Virus record (IMG/VR): IMGVR_UViG_3300043416_000222
Location: 1-32,218 of that record
Reading direction: 5' to 3' (one strand)
Length of the DNA stretch: 32,218 nucleotides
DNA from: a virus
Lineage: Duplodnaviria > Caudoviricetes
Part shown: positions 1 through 7,174 of the stretch, in pieces
Layout: every line of letters begins with the position of its first letter
Numbering within the stretch: position 1 is the stretch's first letter
Made by a program: the position numbers and the translations under genes
Notes under the pieces: model-generated
Seen by the model: the letters and a program-made list of their open reading frames with translations, nothing else
Databases searched by the model: none
Told to the model about the DNA's origin: nothing

Positions 1-212
1 CCATGACCGTGCGCCGATTGACCCCAAGGGAATGCGAACGCTTGCAGGGGTTTCCCGACGACTACACGCTCATTCCTTGGCGCAAGAAGGCGGCAGAAGA
101 CTGCCCGGATGGGCCGAGGTACAAAGCCTTGGGGAATAGTATGGCTGTAAATTGTATGGAATTTATAGGCGAAAGAATTGCAGCCGTTGAGGCGGAGAGA
201 GGAACGACATGA
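1..212 (+). CDS. dcm: DNA (cytosine-5)-methyltransferase, C-terminal fragment (5'-partial)
   Basis: RRLTPRECERLQGFPD (motif IX) and RYKALGNS (motif X) of C5 MTases; runs in from the window edge. Confidence 0.92.
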   Translation, partial: MTVRRLTPRECERLQGFPDDYTLIPWRKKAAEDCPDGPRYKALGNSMAVNCMEFIGERIAAVEAERGTT

Positions 213-427
213 GCGGGCTGCACCAATTCACCACGCCCATCCCGGTAGTCACTTGCGACAACCAAGACGGGTACGCCATCTACGTCCGTGACGGCGGGAC
301 GTTTGAGAACGATGTGTGGTGCATCGCTCTCTGCGCTGGCGGAAACCTGCGTCACTACACCACTTCGCAGCTACGGATTCACCACAACATGACCTTCAAC
401 ATAAGGAAAAACCGATGGACGACCTGA
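209..427 (+). CDS. hypothetical phage protein
   Basis: ATGA overlap with MTase stop, GGAGAGAGG upstream, 72 aa. Confidence 0.7.
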   Translation: MSGLHQFTTPIPVVTCDNQDGYAIYVRDGGTFENDVWCIALCAGGNLRHYTTSQLRIHHNMTFNIRKNRWTT

Positions 428-642
428 GAGACATAGCGACATTGTGCAAGGAAATTGACTGCCTGACGGCACAGGTGGACACGCTTCGCACGGAGCGCGA
501 CGAGGCGCGGCGGGATTTGTGCGAACGAATGACCGAAGATTTCAATTCAGAAAATCAAGGCGGTATGGTTTCGTTCACCACTAAGCCAGAATGGGTTGCC
601 AAGGATCATGGCTGGGATTGCTACAAGGGGCTGATCCGATGA
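415..642 (+). CDS. hypothetical coiled-coil protein (ERDEARR family)
   Basis: ATG 415 after AAGGA; MDDLRDIATL..LRTERDEARRDLC..GWDCY; resembles 808-1137. Confidence 0.7.
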   Translation: MDDLRDIATLCKEIDCLTAQVDTLRTERDEARRDLCERMTEDFNSENQGGMVSFTTKPEWVAKDHGWDCYKGLIR

Positions 643-821
643 AAGAGATTATGTTGTTTCGTAACAACCGATGGGTGCAGTCAGACCTGAAAGAACTGCC
701 GCCTCATGTACACGGCAAGCCAGAAGAATGCGACCGATGCAACGTGGAGCTGTATTGGGATTTAGAACGTATCGCAAATAGATCAAAATCAACTCAAGGA
801 AAACAAAATGTTCAAGCATGA
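639..821 (+). CDS. hypothetical protein with CxxC
   Basis: ATGA overlap; MKEIMLF..ECDRCN. Confidence 0.55.
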   Translation: MKEIMLFRNNRWVQSDLKELPPHVHGKPEECDRCNVELYWDLERIANRSKSTQGKQNVQA

Positions 822-1137
822 CATTGTTACTCGACTAAGAAACATTGCTGGATTTGGTTGGCAATGCGGTGAGCCGCTCAAAGATAAAGGAACGACATTC
901 CGATGCTCCTGCGGATGTAGCCAAGTTGGTGATGATTGGGATGGCAATCTGACTATTTCACAACCAACCATATTGAGAGAAGCCGCCGATGAGATCGAAC
1001 GAGTTTGCAAAGAGCGTAATGATGCGCGGCTAGAAGTGTGCAAGCAGTTGACAAAAAACGGCCCATCTCGCTTAACTGACAGAGAGCTTGCTATGTTGCG
1101 CGATTGGGGTTGGTTGGCACATATGGAGGTCAAGTAA
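808..1137 (+). CDS. hypothetical protein (DIVTRLR..EAADEIE..ERNDAR family)
   Basis: AAGGA RBS, 109 aa, TAATG coupling to next gene. Confidence 0.7.
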   Translation: MFKHDIVTRLRNIAGFGWQCGEPLKDKGTTFRCSCGCSQVGDDWDGNLTISQPTILREAADEIERVCKERNDARLEVCKQLTKNGPSRLTDRELAMLRDWGWLAHMEVK

Positions 1138-1526
1138 TGGAAGAAGAAGACAACCGATGGGCGCGGCCCGTGCTGCATGACGTGGAATGGAATCGCAAGG
1201 ACGGCTACCCCGCATGGCTGAGTGAAGACCGCGTCCAGCGCGGGCTGGCGGGGAAGTTTGACCGCCCGGTCTTGGTCATCGTTGGCGGCGACCCCATGCT
1301 GCACTCGGTGGACGAGTCGGACGGCAACCCGGTACTCGCCTACTGGCGGGCTTCGGTGTACCTGTTGCAGACCAACCCCGAGGGCATTGAGGGGACGCGG
1401 TTCTCTAGCTTGTGCCTTTTTGAAGAGGGGGACACGCAGGACGAGATACGGGAGGATCTGATGAACCGCGTTGTGAACTTCATCACCAAGTGCAACCCCA
1501 ATACAAAGGTCGCCCATGTCAGTTAA
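1137..1526 (+). CDS. hypothetical protein
   Basis: GGAGG RBS, TAATG overlap, MEEEDNRW.., GC3-rich codons. Confidence 0.7.
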   Translation: MEEEDNRWARPVLHDVEWNRKDGYPAWLSEDRVQRGLAGKFDRPVLVIVGGDPMLHSVDESDGNPVLAYWRASVYLLQTNPEGIEGTRFSSLCLFEEGDTQDEIREDLMNRVVNFITKCNPNTKVAHVS

Positions 1527-1731
1527 CACCATTGCAGGCGGGTTCCTGACCATCACCATCCGTAAGCGTGACGAGTCGATCATCCTGCTTGACGAGGCAG
1601 GGGAGCAGGTCGCGCAGATCTTTGCCAACCTGCAAGGCTCAAGCAATCACGACCGCATCCGCGTCTCGATCCGAGCCGACCAGCGGTACAAGATCACGCG
1701 GTCAAAGGGGGAATCCCGTGTTCAAGATTGA
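1516..1731 (+). CDS. csrA: CsrA/RsmA-like RNA-binding protein
   Basis: FLTITIRKRDESIIL..RIRVSIRADQRYKITR aligns by eye with CsrA LILTRRVGETLMI..QVRIGVNAPKEVSVHR; 71 aa. Confidence 0.6.
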   Translation: MSVNTIAGGFLTITIRKRDESIILLDEAGEQVAQIFANLQGSSNHDRIRVSIRADQRYKITRSKGESRVQD

Positions 1732-1864
1732 CACCTTGACGGTCGAGGGCATCCGCAAGGACAAGAGCAAGGGGATGAAGCAGTCGGACATCGCCCGAAA
1801 GTACCGGGTCAGCCGTTCAGCGGTGTGCCGTATCGTCTTGGGGAGTCGCCGCGTTGCGCGGTAA
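1718..1864 (+). CDS. small HTH DNA-binding protein
   Basis: GTG start after GGGGG; GMKQSDIARKYRVSRSAVCRIV is a classic HTH. Confidence 0.75.
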   Translation: MFKIDTLTVEGIRKDKSKGMKQSDIARKYRVSRSAVCRIVLGSRRVAR

Positions 1865-1878
1865 TCAAGGTTTTTGCG

Positions 1879-1920
1879 GCGATCCCGCCGGGGGGCGTTC
1901 CCTCGGCGGGGTCGTTTTAT
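1879..1920 (+). terminator. intrinsic terminator-like hairpin
   Basis: ~16 bp stem gcgatcccgccggggg / ccctcggcggggtcgt followed by a short T run, right after the HTH gene. Confidence 0.65.
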
Positions 1921-2047
1921 TGTGGGCGCGGCAAATCTTCAAACCCGCTACGCCAAAAAAACAGAAGCAAGATACGCTCACCACGGTGAAGCAAGAACTA
2001 CACCGCATCACATTACAGAACGACCTTTACCGGGGCGAAGGTTAATC

Positions 2048-2230
2048 ATGCGCGGGGACTGGGAAGAGGACATCATCGACCGCATCACGGCGAGCGCCTC
2101 CACCGACCCCCTGCTCAAAGAAGCCGCAAGCGAGATCACCTATATGCGCGAGCAGCTCACGGCACAAATCAAAGAAGTCAACCGCGCTCGGCAAGCGCTT
2201 CTCGTATGCCAGCGGGCGCAACGTGCTTGA
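2048..2230 (+). CDS. hypothetical protein (DIIDRI..EAASEI family)
   Basis: MRGDWEEDIIDRI..LLKEAASEITYMR; similar to 808-1137. Confidence 0.65.
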   Translation: MRGDWEEDIIDRITASASTDPLLKEAASEITYMREQLTAQIKEVNRARQALLVCQRAQRA

Positions 2231-2633
2231 ATTCGTAGTCGTTGGAATCCCTGCCCCGCAAGGCTCAAAGCGTGCATTCGTGCGCGGTGGCCGCGTTTCG
2301 CTCGTGGAGTCATGCGCGAGGGTCAAGCCCTACCGCGCCCTTGTTTCCCTTGCCGCAAGCCAAGCGCGTAAAGAACCACCAACCGGGTTGCCTGTGGGTA
2401 TAGCGATTGCCTTCGTCTTCGTTCGCCCGAAGAGTCACTACACAAGTAAGGGCGCACTCCGCGCTGGCGCTCCGACTCACCCCGGAAAGCCAGACGTAGA
2501 CAAACTTTGCCGCGCCGTACTTGATGCCCTTACGGGAATCCTGTACCACGATGACGCGCAGGTCGTTTCCTTGAACGCCAGTAAACGCTACGGGGTCGCG
2601 TCGATGACGGCTATTTCCCTTTTCACCTGTTGA
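2223..2633 (+). CDS. rusA: RusA-family Holliday junction resolvase
   Basis: GIPAPQGSK N-terminus, KPDVDKLCRAVLDALTG..DDAQVV catalytic motif. Confidence 0.92.
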   Translation: MLEFVVVGIPAPQGSKRAFVRGGRVSLVESCARVKPYRALVSLAASQARKEPPTGLPVGIAIAFVFVRPKSHYTSKGALRAGAPTHPGKPDVDKLCRAVLDALTGILYHDDAQVVSLNASKRYGVASMTAISLFTC

Positions 2634-2658
2634 CAAGCGCGATACGGGGGAGTATCTT
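2630..2658 (+). promoter_or_regulatory. sigma70-type promoter for the ERF-Gp157 genes
   Basis: TTGACA (2630-2635), 17 bp spacer, TATCTT (2653-2658). Confidence 0.7.
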
Positions 2659-2721
2659 CCTCATGCCCTAGCATTTCGCCGGGGTCGAGTGCGGCGAGCC
2701 GCGCAGTCTTGAGAGGACATT

Positions 2722-3492
2722 ATGCAACGAAGTGACACTATTGGGGAGCTAGCGAAAGCGCTGGCGGCCGCAAACTTAGAAATTGTGAACCCCAGCCTTG
2801 ACGCGGTCAACCCGCATTTCAAGAGCCGCTACGCATCGCTCGGGGCGATCATCAACGCCGTCCGCCTGCCGCTTGCCCGTCATGGGATCAGCGCCGTGCA
2901 GACGGTCAGTACCGATGGCGGGGCGGTCGGGGTAACGACCACCTTGCTCCACGCGAGCGGGGAATGGATGGCAGAGACGGCCATGTCTGCCCTGCCTGAC
3001 CGCGCTACGGTTCAACAGCTTGGCTCGGTCATCACCTACCTGCGCCGCTACGCGCTCGCGTCCATCACGGGCATCGTTGGCGAGGATGACGATGACGGCA
3101 ACGCGACCACTAGCCCAAGCGCACCGCGTAGCGAGCCTCGTAAGCCCTTCAAGCCGCAAGACCCACGGACAGCCGTTCCTCCGCCTCCGACCGCTCCCAA
3201 GGCAACCAAGCCCGTCCCTGAGCCTGTGGCGGAAGTCAAGGCACTAGACGCGTACCCAGACGTGTACGAGGGGACGTTTGACATCTTGCGCGTTGTTGTC
3301 CGCGCTGGCAAGCCCTACGCCATTCAGGTGGACGGCAAGCATGGCAAGGCGTGGATCGCCACCACCGTGCAGGAGTACGCCGATCTCGCCAAGGAACACG
3401 TCAACGACTGTATGCAGTTGCAAGTTGAGCGCGTTGGCGACACGCTCCAGATCATGAAGGTCATCGCATCCAAAAAGGAGATTCCGTTTTGA
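2722..3492 (+). CDS. erf: ERF-family single-strand annealing protein
   Basis: NPHFKSRYASL, LLHASGEW, QQLGSVITYLRRYALASITGIVGEDDDDGN; Pro-rich linker; EIPF C-terminal tail. Confidence 0.93.
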   Translation: MQRSDTIGELAKALAAANLEIVNPSLDAVNPHFKSRYASLGAIINAVRLPLARHGISAVQTVSTDGGAVGVTTTLLHASGEWMAETAMSALPDRATVQQLGSVITYLRRYALASITGIVGEDDDDGNATTSPSAPRSEPRKPFKPQDPRTAVPPPPTAPKATKPVPEPVAEVKALDAYPDVYEGTFDILRVVVRAGKPYAIQVDGKHGKAWIATTVQEYADLAKEHVNDCMQLQVERVGDTLQIMKVIASKKEIPF

Positions 3493-3998
3493 GCCTCTAC
3501 CAAATCACGTCCGAAATGCAGTCCATTCTCGATGCCGTCTTGGACGGTGGTATCGACTCGCCCGAGGCGCAGGCCGCGCTCGACGAGCATCTCACGGGTC
3601 TAGATGTCGCCCTCGACACCAAGGCCGAGTCCTACGCGGGATTCATTCGTGAGCTAGAGATGAGAGCGGAGGCGAGGAGCAAGGAAGCTTCTCGCATCCG
3701 TGCGCTCGCAGCGGCTGACGATGCCCTTGCCCTACGTCTCAAGGAAGGGCTGAAGGCGGCAATGGAAACGGTCGGGCGGCTGAAAATTGAAACGCCGCGT
3801 TTTAAACTTTCCGTTGCTGGCGTGGGAGGCAAACAGTCGCTTCAGATTGATGACGATGCCGTCAAGGGGCTTGAAGTCCCGCTCGTCAGGGTTGTCACCG
3901 AGCCAAACAAGGAAGCGATTCGCATCGTCCTTGAGGCTGGCGGCGAGATCCCCGGATGCCGCTTGCTCCCTCGCGGGACAAGCCTTCGCATCCGCTGA
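3489..3998 (+). CDS. Siphovirus Gp157-family protein
   Basis: MSLYQIT.., K(A)ESYA..I, coiled coil, PNKEAI..GGEIPGCRL..GTSLRIR; TTG start overlapping the erf stop. Confidence 0.85.
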   Translation: MSLYQITSEMQSILDAVLDGGIDSPEAQAALDEHLTGLDVALDTKAESYAGFIRELEMRAEARSKEASRIRALAAADDALALRLKEGLKAAMETVGRLKIETPRFKLSVAGVGGKQSLQIDDDAVKGLEVPLVRVVTEPNKEAIRIVLEAGGEIPGCRLLPRGTSLRIR

Positions 3999-4002
3999 CC
4001 TA

Positions 4003-4431
4003 CTACCTTGCCTCTCCCTCGCCGTTGCCTTCGGGTGGCGGCGAGGTTTCTTTTTGCCCAAAGGGAACTAGGCGGTTCAACGCCTCGCGCCGCTTCGCGC
4101 ATGGGCCGCAGGAGTTCGCCTTGATGCCGACCGCGCTCGTCATCGCCGCAACCACGTCACCCAGCCCGCGCATCCGAGGAGGCGCAACCGTCCCCGGTGC
4201 TGGCGGCTGCATTTCGGTGGTCAGCTTGGCGCGGGCGCGGGCAGGCCCAGCGCCAAGGAAGAGCGGCGGGTCAACGATGTTGCCTTCCCGCGTCTCGCGC
4301 TGCTCACAGGTATCGCACTTGGTCACGTCTAGGTTCTTAAGGCAAAGGGGTGACGTACTAGCCACGCGCCACGACTTGCAATCCATGATCGGGAGCGAGA
4401 TGCCGGAGACGTTGAGCGTGCCGATGGTCAT
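4003..4431 (-). CDS. hypothetical Cys-motif protein (GLGD..CxxC..R..LN type)
   Basis: ATGA-coupled; RGLGDVVAAMTSAVGIKANSCGPCAKRREALN motif plus N-terminal C..C..CxxC. Confidence 0.75.
   Translation of the reverse strand: MTIGTLNVSGISLPIMDCKSWRVASTSPLCLKNLDVTKCDTCEQRETREGNIVDPPLFLGAGPARARAKLTTEMQPPAPGTVAPPRMRGLGDVVAAMTSAVGIKANSCGPCAKRREALNRLVPFGQKETSPPPEGNGEGEAR
4017..4055 (+). terminator. intrinsic terminator ending the + strand arm
   Basis: 13 bp stem cctcgccgttgcc-TTCG-ggtggcggcgagg (cUUCGg loop) followed by tttcttttt. Confidence 0.85.
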
Positions 4432-6266
4432 GATGTGAGGGCGACGACTGAGCCGTCAGACTTGCAGTAGATGCGGGGCGCTTGGAATGAATGCACGCAA
4501 GGCTGTGGCAGGGGATGGTCGATAGCCCACTCGTTGCAGTCCACGCCTTGCCCCGGGCAGCATGGCGCTGGCTGGTAAATGAATGGGTAGGCGTAGCACC
4601 CCGTGCGCGGGTCAGGCATCCCCGGGCAGAGCGAAGTCCAGCCGTAGACAAGCACTATGATCGTCCCGCCAATGTTGACGGTAATGTCTTCAAGCGGCCA
4701 CCCATCGCGGGCTTCGCAGTTGGTTGCGTCTTGGTAGAAGCCGATGTCCACGCAAATCGGGATAGTGCCGTTTCCGTACTCTTGCACGCGCTTCATGGTG
4801 TACCGCTCCCCGAATGAATACTCGGGGAAGGACAGGCATTGGATGACGTAGTTGTTCGGGGTCGCTGTGATAGCCGAGATGGACGCGTTGCAAGTGTTCT
4901 CACTCGTCATGCGCCAAGGGTAATCAACGAGCAGGGTCTGCGAGGCGCAGGCGTAGTAGCGAGGGGACGAGGCAACGAGCGTGACCGTGATGGTGGTATT
5001 TGCGTCTGTGAATTCCACGCGGTCAACCGTCAGGGTGTCGCCATCCGAATGCCCGGGGCGATCGTTCGGGGTCTGCCAGTCGCACAGTACGCAAGACTGG
5101 CGATTGCCGAACCAGAAGTATGCCGACCACGGTGGAATGCCATGCGCCGTTACTAGCGCGCTGATACGGGTATTGATGCGCTCGGCAATGTGCGCGGCGT
5201 TGCCTGAGAAGATCACGATGTCAAGACCGCAGACACTCAGCTTGGGCGCTCCGAGCGTTCCCCAGCCCGTTGCGACTGTGTTCTGTTGGTCGATGTGGAC
5301 AAGACCGGACGAGCCAAGAAAGAGCGCATTCAGCGCCGCCTGAGCGCCTTGCCCCTCGGGGTCAATCCCCGGCGCAAAGCAGGCCGGGAAGACGATAGTC
5401 ATGATGTCCTCGTCATGGGACGGGCAACCAAACCCTCCCAGCGAATAGCACGTTCGCACGTCATACGTTTCAAAGCGATCCTCGTAACTATCGCAGAAGT
5501 CTGGCAGGTCGTCGCAGATCGGGGTATTGCCGCAGCAATCCCCCTGCGGCTCGCAGTCCGGGCAACTCATGTATTGGACGTAGGACTGGGTAACTTGGTT
5601 CGGGCAGTTGGCTGGGCTGGCGGGGTCGCGCACGGTGCAGAAGCCCATCTCCTGCGACATACCTACGTCGAGGCTGACGATCTCAACTGGCGGCCCGTGA
5701 TCGCAACGAACGTCCCACGGAACGCCAATCGTCTCAATGCAGGTGCGGGCGGAGCTTGCAATGGTGACGCCCTTCCCTTTGACCGTTCCAGCCTGATCCT
5801 TGAAGTCGTAGCACTCGGCAACCAATTCCTCGCAGGGCAGTTGCGTGTTGTTCGCAATCGCGGGGCCGTACTCGGGGATTTGAATGTTCGCAATGCCGCC
5901 CGGGTTCCCTTGCTGTTGGGGATCAGGGTAACAACATGGATCGCCTTGAAGGGCGCGGTTCTTGATCTTGAGCAATTCGCCCACGTTGACAGGCCATATC
6001 GACAGCGGATTTGGGCAGGGCAGCGCCTCAAAATTGGTCAGGATGTAGATGCAGCAGTCATACGAGATGTAGTAGCACTTGTTCGCAATGTCTGGCGGGT
6101 CGGGAATGCCTATCGAAATCAAATAGCCGACGCAGAACTCAATGCGGTCAGGAGCCTGCTCACAATCAGGCGGGCAGCAATAGTTGGCGAAGTAGTCCTC
6201 GCACTTGAGGGCGTACCAAAGCACGCCACCAACGCAGCAACATGAAGCCGCCGGGAGTGCGCTCAC
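4428..6266 (-). CDS. large cysteine-rich protein, possibly virion-associated
   Basis: Likely GTG start at 6266 (MSALPAASCCCVGG); ~612 aa with about 44 Cys by hand count. Confidence 0.8.
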   Translation of the reverse strand: MSALPAASCCCVGGVLWYALKCEDYFANYCCPPDCEQAPDRIEFCVGYLISIGIPDPPDIANKCYYISYDCCIYILTNFEALPCPNPLSIWPVNVGELLKIKNRALQGDPCCYPDPQQQGNPGGIANIQIPEYGPAIANNTQLPCEELVAECYDFKDQAGTVKGKGVTIASSARTCIETIGVPWDVRCDHGPPVEIVSLDVGMSQEMGFCTVRDPASPANCPNQVTQSYVQYMSCPDCEPQGDCCGNTPICDDLPDFCDSYEDRFETYDVRTCYSLGGFGCPSHDEDIMTIVFPACFAPGIDPEGQGAQAALNALFLGSSGLVHIDQQNTVATGWGTLGAPKLSVCGLDIVIFSGNAAHIAERINTRISALVTAHGIPPWSAYFWFGNRQSCVLCDWQTPNDRPGHSDGDTLTVDRVEFTDANTTITVTLVASSPRYYACASQTLLVDYPWRMTSENTCNASISAITATPNNYVIQCLSFPEYSFGERYTMKRVQEYGNGTIPICVDIGFYQDATNCEARDGWPLEDITVNIGGTIIVLVYGWTSLCPGMPDPRTGCYAYPFIYQPAPCCPGQGVDCNEWAIDHPLPQPCVHSFQAPRIYCKSDGSVVALTS

Positions 6267-6307
6267 GCGACGATGACAATGCAGAGGGCGAGGATGAACA
6301 ATCGCAT
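6263..6307 (-). CDS. 14 aa hydrophobic micro-ORF MRLFILALCIVIVA
   Basis: ATG overlaps the upstream stop (TGATG) and its TGA overlaps the next GTG start (GTGA). Confidence 0.35.
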   Translation of the reverse strand: MRLFILALCIVIVA

Positions 6308-6411
6308 CACTTGCCAGCCTTCTTGGTGGCGAGATACCAACCAGCGCCGAAAGCAATGGCGGCAGCGGCGAGAGCGAACCAAATATTCCCTAGGGTGTCT
6401 GCGAGAATCAT
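6307..6411 (-). CDS. 34 aa single-TM membrane protein
   Basis: Hand translation MILADTLGNIWFALAAAAIAFGAGWYLATKKAGK; N-out TM with basic C-terminus; fills the gap; not in the ORF track. Confidence 0.7.
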   Translation of the reverse strand: MILADTLGNIWFALAAAAIAFGAGWYLATKKAGK

Positions 6412-6413
6412 GT

Positions 6414-6905
6414 CTATGCCTTTCGTCGAGTCTTTGATTTTCTAAACGCCGCATCGAACAAGGGATCTTGTGCCCGCATGACGGCCACCATCTCCCGCTC
6501 CCCTTCAGGGCGAGCAGTATCTAGCATATCGACCGCAAGCTCCGCCGCAACTACTTTCCGGCGAGGAAGCCAACCAATAGCGACCCGTATTGCCGTCCCT
6601 ATTCCGGTCTGCCACAAGACAATGATTAGCGCCACGGCCACCACGGCAATAGCCCCGTAGGTCAGCATGGTCATCCACGCAGGGGTCTTGTCCTCCACCC
6701 CGGACAGGCTGACATGAATCCCGGACGCGAGCGCGTCAATACGGGTAGCCCGGGCAACGACCTCCGGATCTCCGGTTTCCGTACCGCGCTGGATCAGCCC
6801 CTGCGCCTCGGCGCGGATGTCGTTGGACGACTGCGCGATCCTCTGCACGGGGCTACAACCCGCGAGGAGGACAAGCATGGCGACCGTAAGCCACCAACGG
6901 CTCAA
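6414..6905 (-). CDS. lipoprotein with internal TM helix, u-spanin-like
   Basis: TTG start overlapping the upstream TGA; MSRWWLTVAMLVLLAG|C lipobox, helical region, TM YGAIAVVAVALIIVLW, basic tail. Confidence 0.7.
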   Translation of the reverse strand: MSRWWLTVAMLVLLAGCSPVQRIAQSSNDIRAEAQGLIQRGTETGDPEVVARATRIDALASGIHVSLSGVEDKTPAWMTMLTYGAIAVVAVALIIVLWQTGIGTAIRVAIGWLPRRKVVAAELAVDMLDTARPEGEREMVAVMRAQDPLFDAAFRKSKTRRKA

Positions 6906-7165
6906 CGCTTCTCGATACGCGTAACGCGATCTTCTAGCCCGCGCACGCGCTCCCCAATGACCTGAATCTGCGCGTTGCCAGCGGTCGCTAGTTCTTGGAT
7001 CTTGCCTAGCTCGCCCGCCATCTTTTCGAGGCTGCGCGTCTGCTGCTCGTCGCGTTCCGAACGGCTCCCAGCGTAGACAAGCGCGGCCACCAAAGCCGTG
7101 ACCGCCACGAAGAACTGGGCAAAGCGAAGCCATCGGTCGATAGATGATGCGGTTTCGATGGTCAT
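6902..7165 (-). CDS. single-TM coiled-coil protein, holin-like
   Basis: TM FAQFFVAVTALVAALVYAG followed by coiled coil ..RVRGLEDRVTRIEKR; lies after the fiber gene. Confidence 0.6.
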   Translation of the reverse strand: MTIETASSIDRWLRFAQFFVAVTALVAALVYAGSRSERDEQQTRSLEKMAGELGKIQELATAGNAQIQVIGERVRGLEDRVTRIEKR

Positions 7166-7174
7166 TTGTATGCG

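Noticed and set aside
789-1646. 285 aa - strand ORF
   Set aside because: Antisense shadow of three coupled + strand genes that have RBSs; no motif
1921-2047. gaagcaaga repeated at 1964 and 1988; ORFs 1854-2045 and 1874-2230 extension
   Set aside because: Only two 9 bp copies; the ORFs run through a terminator hairpin and lack an RBS
5286-6245. 319 aa + strand ORF (likewise 9339-10268, 11063-11716, 12029-12682, 16774-17436)
   Set aside because: Antisense to well-supported structural genes; expected in GC-rich DNA
6906-7133. N-terminal extension of the 239 aa ORF 6414-7133
   Set aside because: Overlaps the holin-like gene; the TTG at 6905 gives a proper lipoprotein signal
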